DNA from: Camelus dromedarius
Lineage: Eukaryota
Assembly: GCF_036321535.1 (NCBI RefSeq)
Contig: NC_087436.1
Location: 81,718,001 to 81,782,000, forward strand
Length of the DNA: 64,000 nt
Direction of reading: 5' to 3'
Part shown: positions 39,480-52,799 of the stretch, in pieces
Layout: each line of letters begins with the position of its first letter
Position numbering within the stretch: the stretch's first letter is position 1
Translations under genes and position numbers: made by a program
Notes under the pieces: generated by a model
What the model was told of the DNA's origin: nothing
What the model saw: the letters and a program-made list of their open reading frames with translations, nothing else
Databases searched by the model: none

Positions 39480-40175
39480 TAGCATGAATAATAAAGCCAA
39501 CATTTATATGGCATACTATGTGGAAAGCATCCTACATAGGTAGTAAATCAAATAAACTGCTTTAATTTGACTTCCCTTGGAAGAGACCCTGGGGCGAGGA
39601 TTTACATGAAAGTGATTTAATAAAAAGGGTTTTCAGGAAAGGCGGGAGTGGTGGAGCAGGACCTGAGAGTGAAGGAGGCCAAGCAAAGGTGTGAGCCACG
39701 TCAGGGGAACGCGATCCCACAGGAGCTTTGGTGTAAAACATACCTCAGGATTATGTCACCCAGTGTATCTGATGGTTAGGAGGCAAGGAAGATGGAGTTA
39801 TTTATACTCTACAGCTATCAGTCATTGGTTAGAGGTTGAGGATTAGGGAGACAAAGACATAAATTCCCAAGTACTTTCGGGTCTTGAGTACAGACAAAGG
39901 TAGTTGACAATAGAGACACCCAGTGCTGGATGGGGAGTGACAGCTCATCTGGAACATGTGTGCACAAAAATAGAAACAAAATCTGAGGATATCAGACAAC
40001 TCCCTCACTACATAACCCTCACAACAACCCCATGAGTTAGCGATTCATTTGAACCACTTTATAGGTGAGGAGACTGAAATACAGAAAGATTAAGTAAGAT
40101 ACCCAAAACCCTACAGTTGATAAGCGTCAAGCCAGGATTTGAAAACAGATCATCTGGCTCCAGAGCCTGCACATG
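39480..40175 (-). mobile_element. MIR split by an ERVL-type LTR (~39556-40005)
   Basis: MIR halves aacatttatatggcatactatgtg... and aaccctcacaacaaccccatgag...gaggagactgaa; LTR-like insert gagaccctggggcgaggatttacatgaaagtgattta. Confidence 0.65.
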
Positions 40176-41307
40176 TATGCACGTTATTACTAAGTCAAGT
40201 GCTAGAGCAGAGTACACAGAGGCCAAGGGCAGAACATAACCACGGTTAGGAACTAAACAGTATTAGAGAACAGGCAGAACCAGGAATGGCTAACATGCAG
40301 CGCAAATATACTAAAGCAGAGTGATCCTCATTTGGGGAAGCTGAGTAATGAGACCTTTATGTTAAGTGGTTAGAGCCTACACAGGCATCAGACATTTGGG
40401 TTACACATAACATTCACTTTCACTCAGAGCTTGCAGGTGAGAGAAATTATTGCAGGCAGGACAGTAGCTGTGGGGAAAGAGAAGGAGCAAAAGAAAAATT
40501 TCTCTGCTTCTTCCCTTTCCCTCCCTAATTCCCACTTCCTCCTTCTCCTCTGCATGCACTTTTATGCACGTGTGCATGTACACACATATACACACACACA
40601 CACTGAAATCTGAAAGCTTCTTTCAGTTTGTTTCTGATATTTATCGAGAATAAATAGAGAAAATTGGCAGAGACATGAAATTCAACACACCATGACAAGG
40701 AACAAAGTCAGAGAATTTCCTATAAGCTAAGCTTGCCTATCAAAATAGCTTAGGTAACAGACAGCTTTTTAATTAATTTTAAAAGCTAGTTGCTTATACG
40801 TAATTTGAGAATCCCTGGGAAGATTTGTATCTATAGAATATTTCTTTTGTCAGTCAAATTATTATTAAATCTACCATTAGATCTTCCCTCATTTGAATAT
40901 CATAGACTTTCAACTTTTAATGTCTCCAGTGGGTTTCAGGAACAGGGTAGACTGAGACGTACAGACTCCCCTCATGTTACAAAATAACAAAATACTGGAT
41001 AAAATATAACCCCCAAATTAGTTTACATAGCTAGGTAATAATAATAAATTTAAAAGGTAAATCTCAAGTGCCAGAAATGAAGCAAAAACTCAAAGCCAGA
41101 GATGTGACAAAAGAAGCCAATGTTATGGATCTGGAGGGCAGGGCCAGGAGACATGGCACAGAAAACCAAGTCCTGGAAAAGGCTGTCTCCAAGATAGGAA
41201 ACTTAAGGTAAAAAAAAAAAAAAAAAAACTCTACCCAACATAGAGGAAAAAGTCTCTCTTCAGTAATTAAATTCCCAAGGCTGAACCGTGGTTGGGTATA
41301 TTTATTA

Positions 41308-41372
41308 ATTATATATAGAGAGAGAGAGAGACAGAGAGAGAGACAGAGAGACAGAGACAGAGACACAGAGAG
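41308..41372. repeat. (TA)n(GA)n(GAGACA)n microsatellite
   Basis: Direct inspection. Confidence 0.92.
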
Positions 41373-41734
41373 TAATTGGCATAGGCATACACAAACAGAC
41401 AAACAGAATCTATTGGAGACACCAGAAAGAGATCACATTTATCTGGGAACTGGATATATGGCACAGATCACATTAAAAATATCAGAGGAAGAGGGACAGA
41501 CTGGCCGAGTGCTGGTAGGCATATTTGATTATCCATAAGAAAAAATAAAATAAACTTAGATATCGATCTCACATCATACCCAAAAATAAATTCCAGACAG
41601 ATGAAAAACACAAGTGTAAAAATCAAGCCTTTCAGAGTGCATATAGGAGAATACTTTCATGACATTTAGTTAGGGAATTATTTCAACAGGGCATAAAAAG
41701 CACAAACCACAAAGAAAGGGATTGGAGAACTTGG

Positions 41735-42285
41735 TGTGGCAGACTGTATCATTATGAAAATATTTGCTGCCCCACTCTCTACCAGGTTCACCTGTGGGAA
41801 ATTATATACCCTAACTCCATGTACTTGCTTTGGCCAGTAAAATACAGGTAAAAAGAGACATGTGCCAATAAACAGCAAGGTCCTACTGTCTATTATAGGG
41901 AACTATATTCATTATCTTGTAATAACCTATAATGAAAAAGAATATGTACGTGTATATGTATGACTGAATCACTATGCTGTATACCACAAACACAACACTG
42001 TAAATCAACTATACTTCAGTTTTTTAAAAATATGTGCTACCTGCAAACAGAAGCTTTAAGAGCCTTCCTGTGAGTCTGCAATCTCTCTCTTCTCTCTGCT
42101 GTAAGACTGGCATGTCCAAAATAAGAACTACATCTTCAGCTATGATCCCTGGACTGAAAAAAATGTGAAGCAGGGCCTGTCAACCCATGTGAATGTGAGT
42201 AAAAAGTAAACCTTTATTGCAGTAAATGCTGAAATTTGGGCATTCCCTTACCATGACATGATTTATCTTAGGCTGACTAAAACAC
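41735..42285 (+). mobile_element. MLT1 (H-like) LTR with nested L1 3' UTR fragment (~41868-42030)
   Basis: TGTGGCAGACTG start; ggctgactaaaaCA end; inserted ataaacagcaaggtcctactg...aactatacttca. Confidence 0.75.
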
Positions 42286-42324
42286 TTAGCTACATTCAAA
42301 TTTAAAAACTATAAAAGCATACCA

Positions 42325-43442
<1,118 letters not shown>

Positions 43443-43759
43443 GTGAGATAGATACAGATATAAATACAGATACAGTGATAGAGGCTAGGTTAGAGATAGA
43501 TAGGTATGGATATACTGCATGATACCATTTAGCAAATTTAAATACATTAAACAATATTCTGCGTGTGTTTGTGTTTGATGGACCATATATAAGCAGCGAA
43601 GTCTAAAAGCAAAGAGAGATACATATGTATCTCAGTATAGTGGATAAATCTGGGGAGAAAAATAAGGAAATGAAATTGGTTGCAAGGATTCATTGTCTCT
43701 GTAGTATATTATTTGAAAAATGTTTTTGGAGTAACTATGGCCCAAAACATTGACATCCG

Positions 43760-44393
43760 TGAAATCAAGTGGTGAATAGTAACGATGTTGAGTTTTACTA
43801 GAGCCCTGTGATCCTGGAAACCAGAAATGTCTGAAAAAAAAAAACCCACCCACCCATTCTTTTGTATTATGGAAAATGGCTTACTGCAAAGAACCACTGG
43901 TCCCGTGTAAATTAGGTAAGATGCACAGGTGGCACGATTGTTTACCTTAGACATGGCCAGATACAGACCTTACAAATTCCCATTCTTTGTCTCATAACTG
44001 GTAAGGTGAACTGCTTGTCCCCACTGATCTGTTGGAACAAAAGGCTTGTTAAACTATGGTTAACTTCTCTCCTACTTCCAGGTCTCTCAACTTTGGCCCG
44101 CAGACAGGTACTCCTTTCTGCTCCAGGCCCTCCAGAGAACAGACTGGCCTTAGAGCAGAACGTTCTCTAATCTACTATCCCATTTTGCTACCTTTTCATC
44201 TCACTTCCCTACACCATTCTCTCTAGCCTTACTACTCCTTTCTATAAACAAAATCTCTTTTTGCATGATGCTTGAGGTGCTTGCAGATCTTACAGTCAAA
44301 ACGTTCTGCCGACTGCAATAATCCCTTTCCCCACCATGCAATAGCCCTCTCAAAGTCTTTGTTTACCAAGTCTGCGTTTGTTTTTATTTGACA
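43760..44393 (+). mobile_element. ERV1-class solo LTR (MER67/MER31-group-like)
   Basis: TGAAATC...tttgtttttatttgaCA; near-TSD tccg/accg; TATAAA ~44243. Confidence 0.65.
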
Positions 44394-44624
44394 ACCGGGT
44401 ACACTTACTATTTTGCATTTTGAATATTTCATAACGCAAAACAGATTTTAAAGAGGGCCTTATTAAATAGAAAAATAAATAGTTGGTTTAAAAAGTTGAA
44501 ACAGAATAATTTTCAAAATGTCTTGATAAAAACAGCAACAGAACTCAAGTCGTATCAACTTTCTAGCAGATGTAGGATTAGAATTCCAGACTGATCAGAC
44601 TGGTCAGAGGATTCCTATAAAATA

Positions 44625-44970
44625 CAAGTAAAGGAACTGGGAATGTTAAATCTGGGAAAGAAAAGACTCAAATGGGCAAAACAGCTGCCTTCAGATATGT
44701 GAAGGGTTGTTACGTGGGAAACAGAAGAAAAGTGTCTATATGTTGCCATTAGGTAGAACTGTGATCAATACATGGCAGCCTCAGGAAGACTGCCACACAA
44801 TCTAACAGAGAATTATCTAACAGAGTTGTCCAAAGGTGGAATGGCCACCTGGCAAGTCATGAGCTCCTCCCCAGTGTCCAGACATGATGTGTATGAATCC
44901 CTAGAACAAGAGCATTAGGCAGGTTTTTTGGACCAAGTAGGCAGACAGCTTCTGGATTCTATGGTTCTGT
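44625..44970 (+). mobile_element. CR1/L3 LINE 3' fragment
   Basis: aaggaactgggaatgttaaatctgggaaagaaaagact..gccttcagatatgtgaagggttgt; ggtggaatggccacct. Confidence 0.7.
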
Positions 44971-46376
44971 CCACTGGACAATGCAGAGAGCACCTGAGTA
45001 AACTTTATTTTAATAAGCAGGCAATCACTTATTGCGAAGGTTTGCCAATAATTTCCAATTTCAGTAAGCATAAGTAGCAGAAAAAAGACAGTAAATACCT
45101 CGCATTGAAAGACAGATGCCTTAAGAACTTTTTAAAAAGAGGGTACAGAGTAGAAACCAGAATAATAAATAAGCAAAAGAAATTGTTTTTTTCACCAGCA
45201 TGTGCACATAAGAAAGAAACAAAAAGAACTCTAACTGCCGAACACCAGATGTAGTTTATGCTTCTGACTTTAATGGTACTGCATCCATTTCAAAGCATTC
45301 ATGAGACTAAGAAAATTATAAAAAATGTACATTCTCCCACCAAAGAAGTATTCAATGGCTGAATGTTGGATAGGGCAATGAGAGGCTTTTTCTAAAAACC
45401 ACAACAGGAAACTCTGAATGGATATATCAATCAATCCAACATAATCTAGGCAATACAATGTTCTGGAATAGGGAAGGAATATGATAGCTGATTGGATTTA
45501 AGCAACTTCTTTATAGGGGAAAAAGAAAACTGTTTTGCAGATTTGTTTGTCAAGTACTTTCCTATTCCAGCCTCCATGACCATGAAAGCTACAGAAGGGG
45601 TATAATTACATTTCACAGAAGCTGTTCTTGTTTGAAATCTGCCCTTAATATAAAGCAGCCAACAGAGGAAATTATATTTAATAAGACATCTGGCTTCTAA
45701 ATGAAGATGCATCCCATTTTTATTCTAAAATAATTTTAATTTGGTTTGTAATTGAAACATGAAGTTGATGTCATTTGGAGCTTCCTGTCCTAGAAAATTC
45801 TTTACAAAAGAAATATCTCAGAATATTTTCACAGTGCAAGATTATGTTTTTATCTAATGTATGACAAGTCTGAATAGATATTTTGACATTAACATCTTCC
45901 AGAAGAATTTAACTTCTTTGTATTCATGAGATTATGTTCCCTTTAACTAAAATAAATGATATGGGATATCTGCTTTACACTATGCTATCTTTTTATTTTA
46001 GTATTTATTCATTCATTCATTCTACCCACTCATTTTCTCCAAAGTTAATGTTTCTATTTATACCTCCTTCTGTAAAATAAAATTCTTCACCTGTTCCCAT
46101 TTTATTTCCTTTATTTTTCTGCTTCCTTCCTTTTCTCTCATCCCATATTTTGTTCCTTCTTTATTCTACCTTTGCAAGCAAAAGGATTCATAACTGTTCA
46201 GTACCAAGGGAAAGAACTGAATGCGAGTAGGGGGATTACTTTGCATATAGAAGACCCTCCTAAAGAAAGAGACTTCTAAAAAATGTCATCATAGGAGATA
46301 GTAAAATGTGAGGTGAAACAATCATAAAAGAATGCCAAAGTAAACTAAAAGTCAGACTACTCAAAATCTAGAAATT

Positions 46377-46509
46377 GAGGGGAGTGTATAGCTCAAGTGG
46401 TAGAGTGCATGCCTAGCATGTACAAGGTCCTGGGTTCAATCCTCAGTACCTCCCCCAAATATGAATAAATAGATAAATCTAATTACCTCCCCCTCATAAA
46501 ACAAACAAA
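46377..46509 (+). mobile_element. Camelid tRNA-derived SINE (Vic-1-like)
   Basis: A box TAGCTCAAGTGG 46389-46400; B box GGTTCAATCC 46433-46442; perfect 14-bp TSD aaaatctagaaatt (46363-46376 / 46510-46523). Confidence 0.93.
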
Positions 46510-48739
46510 AAAATCTAGAAATTAAGATTCGTGGCTATTACAGTCACCAAAAGAAAGCCAGTTGCAAGTTTAAGTCTTACTAAAATATTTATTAATATTT
46601 TATTACTAATTAAGAATTAAAATATTTAGTTCTTCTAGTACAATTGCAATAGAATTTGATACTATGGAGATGTTATCATTAAGGAAAAATTTTTATTTCA
46701 TAAGTGTTTTACTGATCTATTCTTGCAAAATAAAAGACAAATCCATGAAGACTGAATCTAGTGGAAGCTTATATTTAAATCCATCTCTTCTCAAAATAAT
46801 TGGCTTCTCGTGTCTTCTTTAAATTACACTTACCTCCCTGAATTTATTTGAAAAGTAGAAATTTATAATTTAAAATAAAGTTGATTTAAGAAAAAGGTTG
46901 TTTCCTCAAAATGTAAAGCACTTTACCACATTATTCCTGTGATTATGTATGCTATAATATAGATTTTGTGAAGATCAAATGAAGTGTATTTGTTAGCATG
47001 CTGAAACACCACTGGCTTAATTAAAATGTCTGAAAGATTCTTTTTGCCTGCAGCAGAAGTTGTTATATAATTACTATAATGCATCTGCTATGTTTTCACT
47101 TCTATTTTTTTTAACAAAGATGAACCCAGGTGATTCCTGGGTAATCCTCTAATATGAATCAAGAAGGATCATTGTGGAAAATGAAAGTGTAAATGAAATA
47201 TGTGGAACTCAGAGTAATTCAAGAATTTTGCCTTTGAATAAAATTACAGTCATTTGGTGTTTAAGAGTTTAGAGGGTTTGTTGTGGTATTGAGAAATTTT
47301 CATAGCAACATTCATCAGAAATAAACCAACTGTCATAATAAACCTGTATGTATCAAATTGAGTTACAGCACAGGAGGCTGAAGTGCATCATAGATCAAAT
47401 CCTAATTTCAGCTGTTTTTAACCTTTAAAGTGATGAATGTTCCTAGCTAAAGAGTTTTCCTTTTTAGAAAACTAGAACTCTGAGAAGTACACAAACTTAA
47501 CTTGATAACAGGAGTTCATTTTAGTTAATTTAAATACAATTTTCAGTAGCCTAATAATATGTCTTCTATAATTTTATTTTCCCACAGTGTTTTTAAACTA
47601 TTAAAAACAATTCTAAATGATATTTATGGATCCTGTTAAAAAATCTTGAAGTACTTATGGCTTAACAGGTTTACTCAGTTACACATTTGTGACCATCTAA
47701 GAGGAGTGGTTTGGCATTTTACTTAGACGAGGCTAAAAAAAAAAAATAACAAACCACAGAGAAAAGATAAAATTGCAGGCTGGAAACACAGGGTTTCAGA
47801 AACACAAGATTCAGAAATGTGTAAAAGCATTATACAGACAGCCATGTAAGGAGAAGACATTCCCTGGCATTTTTCATGGGAAATAATGTCATTTCTGATA
47901 CACTTCATTCAGCAATGAAAATGCTGTTTCTTTAGAAGTGATGTCCAGAACCTGGGAAAACTTTGAAGTCTTTCTAAAATTTCTTGCTTAGAAATAGTGG
48001 TCTTAAAATTGGTTGAAACCACAAATGCTGTCTTTCTATTTGGAGGAAGTCAAAACCAGCCATATTTGAATAGATACCACATATCAACCTTAGTAGATGC
48101 TACCACAGAGCAGTGGGATTGAGTTTTTCAAAAAGAGGAAATGAGTGAACTACTGTGAAGGTTTGGCAAGAATTCCACTCAAACTGGAATGAGTACAGAG
48201 AGAATTTTTATTTAAAAAGAAAAAATTATATCAAAAGTATCTCAAGGAACTCAAAGGCAGAAAGTACACTCAGAATCACATAGCTGACTCTTAGAATTGG
48301 AAAGTGACCAGGAAATAATCTCTCTTCCTGCACTCTCTGCCTAGTTCTTTCTGCTCCTTCACACTCCTGACCCAAACACAGCCACACCTCCCAGCTCCAG
48401 CAAGTTTATCAACAGACCTACATTTCTGTGTCCCAATTACCAACCCTCATTAGAGGGACTCCAAACTGGTTCAGGCTCTCCTTGGCTCTGGTGGCCACCC
48501 CTTGCTCATTACATAACTGCAGGAACCCGTCCTCTGTTTGGGAAGGCAAAGTTCCAGAGAACTAAAGTGATTCAATGTGATTTGTTAACCTCCAAAGAAC
48601 GACTAACAACTTGTTCCTACAGAGGTTTAACTTTACAGTGTATTAAGAATTCAATTTCATTCACCTCTGAATGTTTTTGGCACATCACAGACATTCAGTA
48701 ATTATTTGTTAGAGATGAATGAAATAGCTATATACAAAT

Positions 48740-49076
48740 TGTTTAAAGATAATCTGAGACATATTTAAAATAGTAAAAGTTTATTTGAGCAAAAATTGAT
48801 TCAGATGAAGCAGCACCAAACCAGAAGTGGTTAAGGGTGCTCTGCAGACAGGAGCCAAGGGAAAGACATATTCAGAGAAAGTACAAAAATAAAGAAAGGA
48901 AATTACTTGACTGGCTATAGCTTAAGGCCTAGTTGGCCATTTGTGATTAGCTGTCCTAAGCTTTCTGATTTTGTAACCTTGAGGCATCTGCAGATTTAGA
49001 TTTTGTTTTGCTTACTCAGGCCACATGGCATTAGGGCCACCGCAGTGCAATGGTCTCTTGCTCAATTAATTTAATG
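48740..49076 (-). mobile_element. ERV1-class solo LTR
   Basis: TGtttaaaga start; tttatt poly(A) signal on minus strand ~48780; gattagctgtcc/gattttgtaacc LTR-like body. Confidence 0.6.
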
Positions 49077-49553
49077 CCACATTTGGCTAATTTTTTTTTT
49101 GGTTAATATGGAAAATTCTACAGATTGTTGGGGGACAATCTCTGGGAGAGATTAATCAGTGTTAAAATATCTTGTACATACAATAATTGAGACATTCCAA
49201 GGTTGGTCCATATATACTGCTTTTAAAAAACAATACAAATTAATTTACCTATTATTGTATAGTGAAATGAAACCCAAACAAAATATTTAAATTGAACTTA
49301 TTATTAACAGAGGCTCAACAGTTGTCCCTCAAAAGCATAGATATGTCTAAATGTTATTCAGCAATTTCTATTATCTATTATCTCTGGAAGAACATACTAA
49401 GAATATTTTCTTGCACCAGATGTCATACTGGTCCCTGAAAATATGTCTTTTCTTCCCTCATCATCACCCTTGACCAGCTCACCCCACTGCACCTCACTTT
49501 AGTTCACAAAGCGAGAAAGGGTGCTGAAGGCAAAGTATTGATTAATACCGTAC

Positions 49554-49674
49554 TTGACAAAGAGTGAGCGTCCCAAAGAAGCCTGACGGGCCGTATAAAT
49601 GAAGGATAAATAAGTGAGTGAACACAGCTTGACAGTTATCCAGAAATCTTCGTCTGCAGATACTTCCTTCTACT
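49554..49674 (-). other. Candidate exon 3 of a minus-strand transcript
   Basis: Acceptor gtttgttttcttcatcctgtgctAG; donor CAA|gtacgg; several CpGs in non-repeat DNA. Confidence 0.3.
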
Positions 49675-51069
49675 CTAGCACAGGATGAAGAAAACAAACA
49701 TTTAGAAATAAAAGTGACAGAATGTGTGGTCATGGGCATTAACAGCCAATCACCATCATCCTGACCCCAAGTTCAATTTGCCAGAGACAGCTTTGAAGCT
49801 GGAGCATTTTACTATGAAAGTTATGAAGTGGAGGGATAAAAACCTTTACCACTATTATTTCCACCTCTAAAACTCTATTCTACAACTTGCAGCCAAAGTT
49901 CCTCTTGCTAATTAGTCTCCCCTTAAAAATATTTGGTGTTGTTCTTGCCCATTATTTGAGTGTTGTCCCTAGCTGTGACACAGAATGAACCTTCTGGAAG
50001 TCTCTCCCCAGGAGGGAGCTAAGTGCTTATGGAGGCTTATTTGTTCTCAAGGCTGAGCAACCACTTAGTCCAATACAATGGAAAGAGCGATTTCGAGGCA
50101 AGTACCACTGCTAGAACATAGTTGTCTTACAATCTGAAGGAGGCAAGAAGTTCAAATTAACCCCATGAACCACCAATCCAACAAGCAGAGCAATAAGCAC
50201 TCTCTGTTCAACACTGGACGGCTTGATTCTCTAGATTCTCGGCATTTTCAGTTAGTTCTCTTTACTACTTCAAAGTCAGGAGGAAGTAAATCATGGAGTT
50301 TAAGTCATTCTAAATGAAAAGCCACAAGAAAGAAAAACTGTAATGAAAGAGAAGGGGGAAATGCTGCAGTTTATTAGAAATCAAACCTTCCCAAAATTTA
50401 CAATGGATTCCAAAATACGAGTATAATATTTAAATCCAGAAGAGGATGCATTTTAAATGGTTTCATGCTGGCCTTGTTTATTCACAGAAATTCTTATTAG
50501 CTTAATAAATTATTAAGCAGACATTTTGTTTGCTGAATTGCACAGTCCTGCCTGGTTCCTTTACAGGGACACAGAGCAGATGGACATTTAGTGCTCTTAA
50601 ATCTTCCCCTGTGCCTAGCACAGCAGTTGGTGATTGTGAATTGTGAGTTGAAATTTAACAACACTACCCAAAGCCTAGTGCCACTGGATTTCATTTCAAA
50701 CAATAGTCAGTCCAACAACACACATCCTGCTTGTAGAATGAAATGCTATATGAAGTCAATGTTCCAAATACCACACTCCTCTTTTCTTCTACTCCTTACC
50801 CCATTTCTAGCTACATGCCATGATGAGAGAGAGATAGAGGGAGAGAGAAAGGAAAAAGAGGGAGAGGGAGAGACAGAAAGTTCCCAGTATCCTAAAAGAC
50901 CATACCTTCTCCCAAAAATGCGACGTTAACTGTGGACTGACTTGCCTCTTCCAACAAGCATTTTTTTTTTTTTTTTGACAAAAGAAATGAACTGAAGCAC
51001 CTACAAATTGCAAAGAACTCACTCAGCCAACTTTAGAGCTAAATCATAGTGGACTTTTTAATTTCTTAC

Positions 51070-51179
51070 CATTAAATCTGTTCATCCTACCAGAATGTGT
51101 TGTTGAAATTTTACACACGGGGCACAAGAGAACAAGGCACAGTGCTCTCGCACTCTTGGTTATGTCTGGGATTAACAAT
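51070..51179 (-). other. Candidate 110-nt exon 2 of a minus-strand transcript
   Basis: Long T-rich tract ending ttttcattAG; donor ATG|gtaaga. Confidence 0.5.
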
Positions 51180-51266
51180 CTAATGAAAAATAAAAGTAAG
51201 AAAATAAAAATAAAATAAATTACTGCTACCTAACAGAGACTTGAGTGTATTCAATTTCTTGCTTAC

Positions 51267-51405
51267 CTGATATTTTTTACGTTTTTTGTGCCAGGCATAA
51301 GACAGGTCAGTTTTCCAAACAGCTAATTCTTGGATTTAGATCATGCAAGAAACGAATTCTGGCTGTTACAGCAGGGGTTAAAATGTGCAAACGCCTGTGG
51401 CAATT
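51267..51405 (-). other. Candidate first exon of a minus-strand transcript (5' end inferred)
   Basis: Consensus donor CAG|gtaagc at 51266; 87-nt intron to the next acceptor. Confidence 0.4.
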
Positions 51406-51409
51406 CAGT

Positions 51410-51540
51410 CCCTTTGACTAAGCTGTCAAAACATTTAAATTGTGTCCCTGTCAGTCCCCCTCCCTCCTCCACCTTCTCCCCAGCAGGGGCTCCCAGCACT
51501 GAATCTTCCTCAAAAGAGAAGACAGATCAGATTGGCAAAT
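51410..51540 (-). promoter_or_regulatory. Candidate promoter (CCAAT, GA-rich box, TATA-like, TGACA motifs)
   Basis: Minus strand GCCAATCT (CCAAT 51531-51535), GGAGGAGGGAGGGGG ~51456-51470, ATTTAAAT 51433-51440, two TGACAG sites (51423-51428, 51448-51453). Confidence 0.35.
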
Positions 51541-52440
51541 GGTACCTTTCTAAAAGGATCTCCAGCCTTCTTTGTGTTGTTTGTCATGTTTGTTTCTTTA
51601 TGTCATTTTGCATAATCCTTGCTGATTCTTTTTAGTTTGATTTAATGGAAATGCCCTTATTTTAGATTAGTTAACAACAAAAGACATTACATTTGGTTAG
51701 CGAGTGTGCTCAAAAAAAAAAAAAATCCAAATAATTGGAGACTCTCCCTGTGTCTGGACAATGAGGAAAATAAGCAGTTGCAGAATCACTTTATAATTAC
51801 TTCAGCTAAAAAGTAAGAATATAGAATAAACTGTAGCAGAGAGGCTTCACTAAACATGTTGCTTAAGTTCTGAAATGCGTACAAGGGAACAAAGGCTAAT
51901 GTGCAGACTGCTGAGCCACAAACATCACCCTCGTATGATAAATAATTAAATAAATATTATTAAAATAGAATATATTGTGTGATAAATACACAAAATCATT
52001 AAAATGTTGGGAAATATTTACTATTAAATACCTGCCACAAACCAGGCTTTGTATCTATGATTACTGCATTTAATCCTCACACATCAGACATTCCTTGAGC
52101 TCCTACATCGTGCTAAGGTCTTGGAATACCAACAAGAAAGACACAGGCTTCACCCCTCTGATAGCTCAAGTCTAGGAAAAATGACCAGTAAACAACTGTG
52201 GAACAAGAGTCAATGGATGTATGCCCACTTACAAAGGCATCTGAGAAAAATCATTCAATTATAATTGGGGAAGTTGGTATGTTAACCAAATATGGCTTTT
52301 TTAAAAAAAAAAAGCAGGGGGAGATCCAAACAGTGAAGAATAAGAGTTAGCCAAAATTAAAAATGTTGGGGTGGAGACCAGAGAAGGAGGGGTGGTTTTC
52401 CAGGCCAAGGAAGCAGCCTTTAAAAAAAAGCAGAGTTATA

Positions 52441-52590
52441 GGGGGAGAGTATAACGCAGTGGTAGGACATGTGCTTATCATGCATAGAAGTCCTAGGTTC
52501 AATCCCCAGTACCTTCATTTAAAAAAAAAACAGATAAACCTAATTACCTGCCACCTGTCCCCCCAAAAAAGCCTTAAAAAATTCTTTTTT
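52441..52590 (+). mobile_element. Camelid tRNA-derived SINE (Vic-1-like) inserted in L2
   Basis: Perfect 17-bp TSD aaaaaagcagagttata (52424-52440 / 52591-52607); B box ggttcaatcc. Confidence 0.93.
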
Positions 52591-52799
52591 AAAAAAGCAG
52601 AGTTATAAGAAAGCATGCATGTTTGGGGAACTACAAGTGATTATTATTAAACCTCAGGGTGGAAGATGAGGGGAGGGGCATTAATGCGTGGCTCAGTGGG
52701 CCATGCTAAAGAGAGTGGGCTTTATCCTGATGACACTGAGCGAGAACAACAGGACTTTTAAACAGTGTAGATAAATAACTGAATTCTTAATTTAGAAAT

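Noticed and set aside
46377..46455. tRNA gene (A and B boxes)
   Set aside because: It is a SINE head with an AT-rich tail and TSD; two more diverged copies occur in the window
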